Below are positions 36,119 through 44,816 of a stretch of DNA of 64,000 nucleotides, piece after piece. Position 1 is the first letter of the stretch. The number at the start of each line of letters is the position of its first letter. Under the pieces are notes generated by a model. The model was not told the DNA's origin. It saw nothing but the letters and a program-made list of their open reading frames with translations, and searched no databases. The position numbers and the translations under genes were made by a program. Origin of the DNA: a virus; the IMG/VR virus record IMGVR_UViG_3300032287_001394. One strand, 5' to 3'.

Positions 36119-38131
36119 ATGAAAAAAATATTACTAAGCCCATGGTTGGCTCTATTAACGTTAACATTATTAATAGCGATCAGAGTTACTGACCCATCAT
36201 TTGTAGAGTCAGTTAGACTAAGATACTTTGATACATTAATTACAAGTAAGCAACAAACTATTTCAAAACAGGTTCATGTCGTAAACATTGATGATAAGTC
36301 AATTGAACGACTAGGGCAATTCCCATTTCCAAGGACACAATATGCAAATATTATCGAAGATCTTTATGCTCGTGGCGCTGGCCTCGTTGTTTTTAATCTG
36401 TTTATGCCTGATAGTGATAGGTTTAGACAAGATGCTGGACTTGCTGATACCATCGCTAGACACCCTGTGGTCTTACCTCAGGTAGCTACATCAGACAAAC
36501 AAAAACCTGGTGCATTTAGACCAGGAGTTTCAGAGATTGGTGGTAAAGCTTCTGACTTTGCAGTAAATTATCCAGGCATTCAAGCCAATATATCATTATT
36601 TAACAGCAAAGCTGCTGGAATAGGAGTCGTAAATGTATTACCTGAAATTGATGGTGTTGTTCGTCGTATCCCTATGGTCGTTGCAAGTGAAGGCCAACTG
36701 TACCCAAGTATCAGTCTTGAAACAATGCGTGTTGCAGTCGGAGACCCAAGTTTCCAAGTTAAATCTACCGATGCAGGAATCGAAGCTGTTCGAATCCCCA
36801 AGTTCGCAAAGATTACCACTGACACCGTTGGCCGAATATGGGTCGACTGGTCGTCTAATCCAATTGAACACTCCGTTGTGGACCTCCCAAAATCATTCAA
36901 CGGAGGTATCGTCATCGTTGGGCTTACCGCTCGGGGACTTAATAACCCAGTCGCAACTGCCAGAGGTGCAATCTATCCGCATTATGTACAAGCTTCTGTA
37001 CTAGATACACTAACATCAGGCACCAGCATATCACGTCCTGACTGGGCAGATGGTGCTGAGATATTAGGATTAGTATTACTTTCTATCATATCAATTTTAT
37101 TAACAAGGTGGACATATGGATTTATTCCTGTCATTGCTATTCTCGGTGGTGTTTATTTCGGCAGTAGGTATATTTTCCAAGGACATTCGCTTTTACTGGA
37201 TGTTAGCTTTCCTATTATTGGGCTTGTGTTGGTTTACTTACACAGCTATACAGTTAAGTTCCTTAGCGAGTTAAGCCAGAAGTTACAGATCAAGAAACAG
37301 TTTGGTTCTTATGTAAGTCCTATCATCGTTGAACGTTTACAAAAAAATCCAGATCTTATTAAACTAGGTGGTGAAGAGAAGATGCTGACCGCAGTCATGA
37401 CTGACATGCGTAACTTTACTGGACTTGGCGAGAAGTATGGTGCAGACGTAGAAGGTTTTACTGCTATCATGAACCAATACATGACAGCGATCGCTCAACC
37501 GGTATTTAAGAATGATGGATGTTTAATTAAGTTTATTGGTGATGCATCACTACATATTCATGGTGCTCCGTTAGATGATGATAAACATGCATATCATGCA
37601 GTTAAGACGACGCTTGAAATGATTGAAGCAGTCGAAGAGTTTAATAAGCATTTAGAATCTATTGGCAAACCTCCTGTCGGTATGGGTGCTGGTGTCAATA
37701 CAGGTAAGATCTTAGTAGGTAACATCGGATCTGAAGGTAAGATGGGCTATGACGTGTTAGGTGATCCTGTCTCAGTAGCTGCACGATTAGAGAGTCAAAC
37801 AAAATCATATGGCGTATTGATGATCCTTGGTCCTGATACAGCTGAAGCAGTTAAAGATGACTTTGATGTCGTATGGTTAGATAACATCGCTGTTAAAGGT
37901 AAGACAGTTGGATTAGACATCTACACAGTCGGTAAGACTATCAAACATAAACATGAAGAGTATAAGAAAGAGTATACTCGCGGTAATTGGAAACGTGCCA
38001 CAGAATGGGCATTAGAACTCATCGACGATAAAGACGTCACCATCAAAGACTATTATCATAAGATGATAGAGAGAATGAATCAAGGTCTCCCAGCTAACTG
38101 GGATGGCACTTATCACGCTACCTCTAAGTAG
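36119..38131 (+). CDS. CHASE2-domain class III adenylate cyclase
   Basis: TM, CHASE2 (VNIDDKSI..LGQFPFPR, DGVVRRIP), 3 TM, cyclase domain (TDMRNFT, KFIGDA, YDVLGD..SVAARLE, VKGK). Confidence 0.9.
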   Translation: MKKILLSPWLALLTLTLLIAIRVTDPSFVESVRLRYFDTLITSKQQTISKQVHVVNIDDKSIERLGQFPFPRTQYANIIEDLYARGAGLVVFNLFMPDSDRFRQDAGLADTIARHPVVLPQVATSDKQKPGAFRPGVSEIGGKASDFAVNYPGIQANISLFNSKAAGIGVVNVLPEIDGVVRRIPMVVASEGQLYPSISLETMRVAVGDPSFQVKSTDAGIEAVRIPKFAKITTDTVGRIWVDWSSNPIEHSVVDLPKSFNGGIVIVGLTARGLNNPVATARGAIYPHYVQASVLDTLTSGTSISRPDWADGAEILGLVLLSIISILLTRWTYGFIPVIAILGGVYFGSRYIFQGHSLLLDVSFPIIGLVLVYLHSYTVKFLSELSQKLQIKKQFGSYVSPIIVERLQKNPDLIKLGGEEKMLTAVMTDMRNFTGLGEKYGADVEGFTAIMNQYMTAIAQPVFKNDGCLIKFIGDASLHIHGAPLDDDKHAYHAVKTTLEMIEAVEEFNKHLESIGKPPVGMGAGVNTGKILVGNIGSEGKMGYDVLGDPVSVAARLESQTKSYGVLMILGPDTAEAVKDDFDVVWLDNIAVKGKTVGLDIYTVGKTIKHKHEEYKKEYTRGNWKRATEWALELIDDKDVTIKDYYHKMIERMNQGLPANWDGTYHATSK

Positions 38132-38195
38132 CATATATCCTCCAGTCCGTGCTGTCCCAGGAGCTCCCGGGCATACCCAAAACAAAGTCTAATAT

Positions 38196-38230
38196 AATCA
38201 ATAACTTGCATAATACGTAAGTTATTGATC
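38196..38230. promoter_or_regulatory. Inverted pair of IHF-consensus-like sites
   Basis: AATCAATAACTTG (13/13 WATCAANNNNTTR) and inverted TAAGTTATTGATC (12/13). Confidence 0.55.
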
Positions 38231-38260
38231 CATATACAATATTTATTTTCAGCAGGCCTA

Positions 38261-38289
38261 TGTACTTTAATTAGCTAATCCGGTATAAT
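38261..38289 (+). promoter_or_regulatory. Sigma70-type promoter
   Basis: TGTACT-17 nt-TATAAT. Confidence 0.85.
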
Positions 38290-38321
38290 GGTTATATTAA
38301 ATCAAACAACGGAGAGAAACA

Positions 38322-38600
38322 ATGAAAAGCTTACAAGAACAAATCAAATGGGAAATGCAATGTTACGGTATGACAAAGGACCAATTAAAACGTATGGTTA
38401 AAGAGCAATCATTTCCAGGTACTGAAATCATGTTCGCGGCGGGATTATTAAGTGACGCACAAGAAGTTATCGGTGCTGACTTAAATGGTGCTAACGAAGG
38501 TTGGGTTTCACCTCAACAAGCTAATGAAGCTCGTCAATTCATCAACTGTGCAAAGGCAATTATATTTGAGTTGATGGAATCACGTAAAGAGCCAATCTAA
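38322..38600 (+). CDS. Hypothetical early protein
   Basis: 92-aa ORF with GGAGA RBS after the promoter. Confidence 0.75.
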   Translation: MKSLQEQIKWEMQCYGMTKDQLKRMVKEQSFPGTEIMFAAGLLSDAQEVIGADLNGANEGWVSPQQANEARQFINCAKAIIFELMESRKEPI

Positions 38601-38603
38601 GCA

Positions 38604-38632
38604 TGTACATTAATTAACTAATTTGGTATAAT
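38604..38632 (+). promoter_or_regulatory. Sigma70-type promoter
   Basis: TGTACA-17 nt-TATAAT, ATG 6 nt later. Confidence 0.85.
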
Positions 38633-38638
38633 AACATT

Positions 38639-38803
38639 ATGGAAAATCAAGATAACATTAAACTAAACGTAAAAGGTCTTAAGAGGGGTTACATGTATTC
38701 TACTCCAGACCCTATCGACTATGATGATCTCATAGAAGACGAACGTGAACTTTTAAATGCCATGGCCGATCCTCACTTTAACGGTCCTGGCTTTGACGAA
38801 TAA
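38639..38803 (+). CDS. 54-aa acidic hypothetical protein (not in ORF track)
   Basis: MENQDNIKLNVKGLKRG...NGPGFDE*, starts at the predicted TSS. Confidence 0.65.
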   Translation: MENQDNIKLNVKGLKRGYMYSTPDPIDYDDLIEDERELLNAMADPHFNGPGFDE

Positions 38804-38952
38804 GACTCTACGCCACTTAATACATATATGCGGACTATGTCGACTCAGCTTCCGCGGGTCAGTGTGGATACGCACGCTGTAGAGTCTTTTTTAAAGTGCA
38901 TTAGAGAGGTCAAACTAAGGGTACCTCTATTTGATCTAATGCACTTTAAAAA
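38802..38952 (+). ncRNA. Candidate structured RNA(s) immediately 5' of the tRNA
   Basis: 10-bp closing stem with two inner hairpins, then an 18-bp perfect inverted repeat. Confidence 0.5.
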
Positions 38953-39029
38953 GGGCCTATAGCTCAGTTGGTTAGAGCAGAGGACTCATAATCCTTTGGT
39001 CCATGGTTCGAGTCCATGTGGGCCCACCA
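38953..39029 (+). tRNA. tRNA with CAU anticodon, probably Ile2 (lysidine) type
   Basis: GGGCCTA/TGGGCCC acceptor stem, D arm, CTCATAA loop, GGTTCGAGTCC T arm, encoded CCA. Confidence 0.93.
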
Positions 39030-39054
39030 TTTTTTTTAACTTGAAAGGTATATC

Positions 39055-39312
39055 ATGCAATTATTAGAAGAAGATCGTAAGAAAATCAAAGGCGCATTAG
39101 GCGAGATCTCTGATTCAATGACACGAGTCGAGGCTGAAAAAGACTTTGTTAAAGAAGTACTTAAGAACCTTTATGACGAATTTAAGATCCCTAAGAAAAC
39201 TTTAGCTAAGCTTGCTAATACGTATCATAGACAAAACTTCAATGAAGAAGTAGCTTTGAACGATGAGTTCGAGACTATCTATCAAACAGTTACGAACCAA
39301 GAAGCAGAATAA
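39055..39312 (+). CDS. dsbA: Double-stranded DNA binding protein (T4 DsbA-like)
   Basis: EISDSMTRVEAEKD...LANTYHRQNF; position upstream of rnh. Confidence 0.75.
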   Translation: MQLLEEDRKKIKGALGEISDSMTRVEAEKDFVKEVLKNLYDEFKIPKKTLAKLANTYHRQNFNEEVALNDEFETIYQTVTNQEAE

Positions 39313-39313
39313 T

Positions 39314-39342
39314 TGTACATTATTAATTAATTATGGTATACT
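39314..39342 (+). promoter_or_regulatory. Sigma70-type promoter
   Basis: TGTACA-17 nt-TATACT, ATG 6 nt later. Confidence 0.8.
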
Positions 39343-39348
39343 GCCAAT

Positions 39349-40443
39349 ATGAAAACTAAAAAACCTACCAAAGAATGGCAAGAAAAAGCTATCGCTAAAG
39401 GCAAAGGCGATGGTGCTCCTGTGGTAACACAAGACGAGTATCGTACATCTTTGATGAAAGCGTTAGGATACTATAATCTTAATATGGATAATAGCGAACG
39501 TGCTAAAGTCGTCCTTAATTATCTTAAGAAGACTAATAAGAAGTATTATGATGTCTTATCTAAAGCGCCTGACTATGAATTCTTGTCTTTAGGATCATTA
39601 ATAACTATCCTTAATAAAGGTGAATACTTATCTGACAAAGATCAAAAAGGTATGCAAGATAAGCTTGACTCTCTATATGAGTGTTACTCTTATAATCAGC
39701 CAGTAATAGATGATCGTCCTAAGGCTCAAGTGATATCTATCGAGAAGCGAGTCATTGATGCAGCACGTACAGCATCTGAAGACATCGACTATGCTATCGA
39801 TAAGTTTATGCATTCAAAGGTGTGGGACTTCAATACTAAAGCACATCTATTATCTAATAATGTGTCGGGTATGGTGGCCAAAAAGATTGGTGATTACTAT
39901 AAGCTTAACGTTGACGAGATCGATGAAGCTATGGCTGGTACTGATGAGCAACTTACTGAAGGCTATTCATTCCTTACTAAGACTGAACTTAAGAAGTTTA
40001 GAGCTGCTATCCAATCCATCGTAGATGATTGTGCCCAACATCAAGTTACAGTTAAGAAGCCTAGAGCTGTTAAGGTTAAATCTCCGGCTTTAGTGGTTAA
40101 GAAACTTAAGTATATGTTTAAGCATGATCTATTGAATCTTAAGTCTATCAATCCAGCAGACATCGTTGGTGCTAAAGAGTTGTGGGTCTATAATATCAAG
40201 TATAGAAAGCTTGTAGCTTATGTAGCTGACGACTCTGATAGCTTAACAGTTAAAGGTACAACCATCATCAACTATAGTATCGCTAAGTCTTGGGCATGGA
40301 CTCTTAGGAATCCTGAGAAGTTCTTTAAAGATACACAGATCGGTAAGCGTGCACTTAATGCTGCAGCAAAAGCTTTGACTACAAAGCCTGTAGCACCAAA
40401 TGGGCGTGTCAATGAAGAAACAATTTTATTAGGTGCATTTTAA
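39349..40443 (+). CDS. Conserved T4-like hypothetical protein
   Basis: C-terminal LWVYNIKYRKL...VKGTTI...TLRNPE...NGRVNEETILL. Confidence 0.75.
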   Translation: MKTKKPTKEWQEKAIAKGKGDGAPVVTQDEYRTSLMKALGYYNLNMDNSERAKVVLNYLKKTNKKYYDVLSKAPDYEFLSLGSLITILNKGEYLSDKDQKGMQDKLDSLYECYSYNQPVIDDRPKAQVISIEKRVIDAARTASEDIDYAIDKFMHSKVWDFNTKAHLLSNNVSGMVAKKIGDYYKLNVDEIDEAMAGTDEQLTEGYSFLTKTELKKFRAAIQSIVDDCAQHQVTVKKPRAVKVKSPALVVKKLKYMFKHDLLNLKSINPADIVGAKELWVYNIKYRKLVAYVADDSDSLTVKGTTIINYSIAKSWAWTLRNPEKFFKDTQIGKRALNAAAKALTTKPVAPNGRVNEETILLGAF

Positions 40444-41336
40444 TGATCATATTAGATTATAGTCAGATAGCATTAAGTAATATCTTACCATTTCAGAAGG
40501 ATATAAAGAATCAAACTCCTGAAGAGATTAAGAACTTAATCCGTCATACTACACTATCAACCATCAAATCTTATAAGAAGAAGTACAAGGAATATGGTGA
40601 AGTGGTCATCGCGTGTGATGGTCCTTCATATTGGCGTAAGACAGTATTCCCTCATTATAAAGCACACCGTAAAGCTAATCGTGATAAATCAGATCTTGAT
40701 TGGAAGTTTATATTCGAGACTCTTTCTGAATTAAGACAAGACCTTATCGACTATTTCCCGTATAAAGTATTGATCAATGAAGGCGCAGAGGCAGATGACA
40801 TCATAGCTGTACTTACAGAGTTTACGCAAGAACACTTATTACATCAGAACGGGTTATTTCCTGAACCACAAAAAGTATTGATCGTCTCATCTGATAAAGA
40901 CTTCATTCAACTACAACGTAATAAGAACGTACGTCAGTGGTCGCCTATGCAACGTAAGTTTGTAGAAGGATCTCAGAAGGAAGTTCAAGAGTATACTATT
41001 CAGCACATCGTAAAAGGTGATAGCGGTGATGGTATACCAAACATCTTATCAAGAGATGATGTGTTTGTATCAGGTGATAGACAAAAGCCTTTCTCAGCAA
41101 AACGTTTACCTGATTTTTTTGAGAAGGGTATAGAAGCATGTAAGAACGATGAAGAGAAGAGAAACTATCAGCGTAATCAACAGTTAGTTAACTTTGACTT
41201 TATACCTGAACCATTAGCTAAGATTATCATATATACTTATGAGAATACTAAACCTAAAGGTGATAAGAATTCTATTATGGAATATTTAATTAAAAACCAA
41301 TGTCGACTACTACTCGACGAAATTGAGGACTTTTAA
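40443..41336 (+). CDS. rnh: T4 RNase H (5'-3' exonuclease)
   Basis: YWRK..FPHYKAHRK, EADDIIA, SSDKDFIQL, GDSGDGIPN. Confidence 0.95.
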   Translation: MIILDYSQIALSNILPFQKDIKNQTPEEIKNLIRHTTLSTIKSYKKKYKEYGEVVIACDGPSYWRKTVFPHYKAHRKANRDKSDLDWKFIFETLSELRQDLIDYFPYKVLINEGAEADDIIAVLTEFTQEHLLHQNGLFPEPQKVLIVSSDKDFIQLQRNKNVRQWSPMQRKFVEGSQKEVQEYTIQHIVKGDSGDGIPNILSRDDVFVSGDRQKPFSAKRLPDFFEKGIEACKNDEEKRNYQRNQQLVNFDFIPEPLAKIIIYTYENTKPKGDKNSIMEYLIKNQCRLLLDEIEDF

Positions 41337-41337
41337 A

Positions 41338-41757
41338 ATGGCAACAACATTTTTACCAGAGATACTTGAAGCGGTCAATAATGATCCTAAGTTATTAGGC
41401 ACCAAATATAGGGGTAACGCTGCGCTTCGCATAGTATTCGAATACGCATTCTTACCTGAAAAGAAGTTCCTTCTACCTGAAGATGAACCTCCTTATAGAC
41501 CAGATGCCGCACCTATTGGCATGAATCCAGCTATCCTTACACAAGAGCTTAGAAGGTTCTATGTATTCCTTAGAAAAGACTTGAAGCCTATCAAGCGAGA
41601 GGCATTATTCATATCTTTATTGGAATCAGTACATCCGACTGAGGCCAAATTAATCTTAGCTATCAAAGACCAAAAGATACCAAAGCTATATAAAAAGATC
41701 ACGCGTAAGCTTGTAGAAGAGGCAGGCTTCATCGCACCAGAAGCGCCCAAAGCATAA
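41338..41757 (+). CDS. Conserved T4-like hypothetical protein
   Basis: LPEDEPPY...KREALFISLLESVHPTEAKL. Confidence 0.75.
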   Translation: MATTFLPEILEAVNNDPKLLGTKYRGNAALRIVFEYAFLPEKKFLLPEDEPPYRPDAAPIGMNPAILTQELRRFYVFLRKDLKPIKREALFISLLESVHPTEAKLILAIKDQKIPKLYKKITRKLVEEAGFIAPEAPKA

Positions 41758-41829
41758 ATTTGCATAAATAGATAGTAAGCTATATATCAGACAGTTCATG
41801 AGTCTGGGTGCGTTTTAAATTGTCTTTAT

Positions 41830-41879
41830 AATCAATAAGTTATGTTAGCATGTACTTTAATCAAAGGATGTGGTAGTAT
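41830..41879 (+). promoter_or_regulatory. IHF-like site plus sigma70-type promoter
   Basis: AATCAATAAGTTA at 41830-41842; TGTACT-17 nt-TAGTAT. Confidence 0.6.
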
Positions 41880-41886
41880 ATTAGGT

Positions 41887-42423
41887 ATGATAAGACAAAT
41901 ATTACTTTATAAAACAGATAAGATCTCGGTCTATTGCACCCCAGCAGTAAGACGCTTATCACCTCGCAGGCTTACTACGTTTGTAAAGCAATGCATAGCT
42001 GCTGAAAAAACTCTCATCAAAAGTATATCTAATAAGTATCCCAAAAAGTCAAATGATGTTAAGTATACATTCTTGTTTAAGAACTATAAAACTGATGAGA
42101 TGTTAGGTTCATGTGACCAAGAATATGATGACGATATCATGATCGAGCTTAACGCTAAGAATACATCTAACTTATGTAAGACTATAGCACATGAGTTAGT
42201 TCACGCCAGGCAATTTATATCTGGTCAATTGAAATATAATGTTAGGATCCAATATCTTACGTATGAAAACGATAACCATAGATACATATATCGTAGACAG
42301 CCGTGGGAACTTGAAGCCTATAAACTTGAGCAAAAAGGTGCACTTAAGATTAAGAAGTGGTTAATGGAACACCCACGCTTCTTACCTAAAATTGAAGATG
42401 AATATATTTTACCTAGATACTGA
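41887..42423 (+). CDS. HExxH metallopeptidase-like protein
   Basis: IAHELVHARQF...PWELEAY; start re-set to ATG 41887. Confidence 0.75.
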   Translation: MIRQILLYKTDKISVYCTPAVRRLSPRRLTTFVKQCIAAEKTLIKSISNKYPKKSNDVKYTFLFKNYKTDEMLGSCDQEYDDDIMIELNAKNTSNLCKTIAHELVHARQFISGQLKYNVRIQYLTYENDNHRYIYRRQPWELEAYKLEQKGALKIKKWLMEHPRFLPKIEDEYILPRY

Positions 42424-42967
42424 TCCTAAAAAAGCAGCAGAATACCACGTAGATAAACACTGTGTCAAGATGATACTAGAATCTTGTCAACTATTATGTA
42501 CTGCACATCGAATATTAGATGGCGATCAATTTATCGGTAAGACTGCAACTGGTCGTAATATCAAACGTTGGTTATTATCTGACGAACGAAATGAAACATT
42601 GTATACTGCTACACATGTCAATCACCCATCTGCAGTATGGTGTAGACAAAACCGCGATAATTATTATTGGCTATGGTGTTTACTTAAAGAATTATGTGCC
42701 GAGTATACATATCGATATGGTAAGATCCACAAGTGTCAAGAAATTGGTTTAGTAGATAAACTAAAATGGTTTCCTAATAATCTACCACATGGAGAATTTA
42801 CGGATCCAACTCCAGCGATGCCTGATCAATATAAGATCCCAGGTGATGGTGTACAGTCATATCGCAACTATTATAACGGCGAAAAGCAAAGAATGTTCTC
42901 TTGGAAGAAAAGGCAAGTCCCAGGGTTTATAAATAAAACTACAGAGGAAAATTATGCCAACATATGA
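42398..42967 (+). CDS. Pyrimidine-dimer-glycosylase-like family protein
   Basis: MNIFYLD...DKHCVKMILESCQLL...HVNHPSAVW...EYTYRYGKIH. Confidence 0.6.
   Translation: MNIFYLDTDPKKAAEYHVDKHCVKMILESCQLLCTAHRILDGDQFIGKTATGRNIKRWLLSDERNETLYTATHVNHPSAVWCRQNRDNYYWLWCLLKELCAEYTYRYGKIHKCQEIGLVDKLKWFPNNLPHGEFTDPTPAMPDQYKIPGDGVQSYRNYYNGEKQRMFSWKKRQVPGFINKTTEENYANI
42928..42935 (+). promoter_or_regulatory. Late promoter
   Basis: TATAAATA, then GAGG RBS and ATG 42954. Confidence 0.7.
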
Positions 42968-43202
42968 TTTTAGAAACAAAGATACTGGTGAAGTATTTGA
43001 AAGAGTTATGAGTATCGCTGCAAAGGCAGAGTTCCTCGAAGCTAACCCAAATCTTGAGCCATTAATTACTGGCCTTAATCCATTAATAGATCCAGTTAGA
43101 TTAGGTATTCATAAAGCCGATAACGGATTTAAAGAAGTGTTACAACGAATCCACGAGAAGACTCCTGGAAGCATACTAAATAAAACAAGTAAATATATTT
43201 AA
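42954..43202 (+). CDS. FmdB-like small protein
   Basis: MPTYDFRNKDTGEVFE...GFKEVLQRIH. Confidence 0.7.
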   Translation: MPTYDFRNKDTGEVFERVMSIAAKAEFLEANPNLEPLITGLNPLIDPVRLGIHKADNGFKEVLQRIHEKTPGSILNKTSKYI

Positions 43203-43262
43203 ATATGGGCCTTGCTGAACCCCATAGCAATATAAGTTCAGCTGTTAATAAAGGAGAAACAT

Positions 43263-43406
43263 ATGTTAACAAACATTATCGTATTTTTAGTTGGTGCTCA
43301 TTTGGGTGCAAAATACCCACAAAAAGCAACACTAATCGTTGACACAGCTGTATCTTTTGCAAAAGCAGTATGGGCAAAAGTAACAGGATTAGTGGCTAAA
43401 AAATAA
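43263..43406 (+). CDS. 47-aa amphipathic/hydrophobic peptide (not in ORF track)
   Basis: AAGGAG RBS; MLTNIIVFLVGAHLGAKYP...; TAATG coupling to the endolysin. Confidence 0.75.
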   Translation: MLTNIIVFLVGAHLGAKYPQKATLIVDTAVSFAKAVWAKVTGLVAKK

Positions 43407-44047
43407 TGGCATTCGAATTCGATTTTACTGAGCAAAAACTAGGCAAGATTCTCACGCGTAATAAGAACGTTCACGCGTGGTATGAAGCGATGGCTGTACA
43501 GTTACCTCAATTTGAAGTAACTACTGCAAAACGCGTTGCTGCTTTTGTAGCTCAGTGTGCTCATGAATCCGCGGACTTCACGACTCTACAAGAAAACTTA
43601 AACTACTCTGCTGACGCATTAAACAAACTATTTGGTAAGTATTTTGCTGCAGCTGGTAGAGATGCTGCTCCATATCATCGTAAACCTGAAATGATCGCTA
43701 ATGTAATATATGCGAATCGTATGGGTAACGGAGATACTGCAAGCGGTGACGGTTATAAGTTTAGAGGACGTGGTCCAATTCAATTAACAGGTAAGGCTAA
43801 CTATCAAGCGTTTGCTACAGACTTCTTTGAAGATCCTGAAACAGTGATAAATGATCCTGACCTCGTGACAGATGATGTACCAACTTCCTTATATTCAGCG
43901 CTTTGGTTTTGGAATAAAAACAAAATCAATAAGTATGCTGATGCAAGTGACATTAAAGGGATGACAAAGGTTATCAATGGTGGATATATTGGTTTAGAAG
44001 ACCGTATCAAACATTATAACCATGCAATCGAAGTCCTCGAAGCTTAA
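43406..44047 (+). CDS. Glycoside hydrolase family 19 endolysin
   Basis: AQCAHES, ENLNYS, FRGRGPIQLTGKANY, SALWFW, TKVINGG..GLEDR. Confidence 0.9.
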   Translation: MAFEFDFTEQKLGKILTRNKNVHAWYEAMAVQLPQFEVTTAKRVAAFVAQCAHESADFTTLQENLNYSADALNKLFGKYFAAAGRDAAPYHRKPEMIANVIYANRMGNGDTASGDGYKFRGRGPIQLTGKANYQAFATDFFEDPETVINDPDLVTDDVPTSLYSALWFWNKNKINKYADASDIKGMTKVINGGYIGLEDRIKHYNHAIEVLEA

Positions 44048-44048
44048 T

Positions 44049-44077
44049 TGTACTTTAATTAAGTCCTAATGTATAAT
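44049..44077 (+). promoter_or_regulatory. Sigma70-type promoter
   Basis: TGTACT-17 nt-TATAAT; the -10 overlaps the first codons of the next ORF. Confidence 0.65.
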
Positions 44078-44605
44078 AAGAAAGTAGCGGTACTATGTAA
44101 TGGTCCCAGTCGGTCAGCCTATGATCCCAATAAAGAATATGCATACCGCATAGGTTGCAATATTCCTTGGACTAAGGTTGACTGCACTGTGATACTAGAC
44201 CCTCAGATGGTTAAAGTATTGGTCAAAGACATATCGCTCATAGACTGTGGTGTATACTTTAGTGAATCTGCATGGGATTATGTTGAAGAAGTTGGAGCTT
44301 CGTCTTTGTTTAACAGTTTAGGCATCATACAAAAGACTCGTAAAGGTTTATCAAGCGGTAATCTAGCATGTCTTAAAGCTATCGAGCTCGGTTATAAAGA
44401 CATAGATATATACGGAGCTGATGCATTTACTACAAAAGACATACGTAGTAATAATGTCAGTAAGAGTTATACAAGAAACTTCTTAGACTCAGATAGTATG
44501 AACATGTCTCCAAATTGGAGAACTAATTTTAATAAGATGATTAAAGATCATCCTAATGTTAAGTTTAATTTTATTGAAAGGAATGGAAATGTTAAATCAT
44601 TATAA
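44069..44605 (+). CDS. Hypothetical protein, possible sugar-transferase-like Rossmann fold
   Basis: VLCNGPS, IGCN, SSG..A...A..LG...I.IYGAD pattern. Confidence 0.5.
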   Translation: MYNKKVAVLCNGPSRSAYDPNKEYAYRIGCNIPWTKVDCTVILDPQMVKVLVKDISLIDCGVYFSESAWDYVEEVGASSLFNSLGIIQKTRKGLSSGNLACLKAIELGYKDIDIYGADAFTTKDIRSNNVSKSYTRNFLDSDSMNMSPNWRTNFNKMIKDHPNVKFNFIERNGNVKSL

Positions 44606-44816
44606 AAATGAATTAATAACTATCGCTGTAGTATTTGGTTTATTAAGCTATACGATTTCTGTAGTTGCAGCTGAACCGGTTAAATCAAAACCTGTTATAG
44701 TTAAAGCTAAGAAGGAAGTCGCAAAGCCTGCTAAAGAAGTAAAACCTGCAGAGCCAGTAAAAAAAGATCCTAACCGTAAAAAACCTACGCTTAAGAAAAA
44801 ATACGCAGATAAATAA
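44589..44816 (+). CDS. Small exported/membrane K/P-rich protein
   Basis: Hydrophobic N-terminus, low-complexity basic tail. Confidence 0.55.
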   Translation: MLNHYKNELITIAVVFGLLSYTISVVAAEPVKSKPVIVKAKKEVAKPAKEVKPAEPVKKDPNRKKPTLKKKYADK

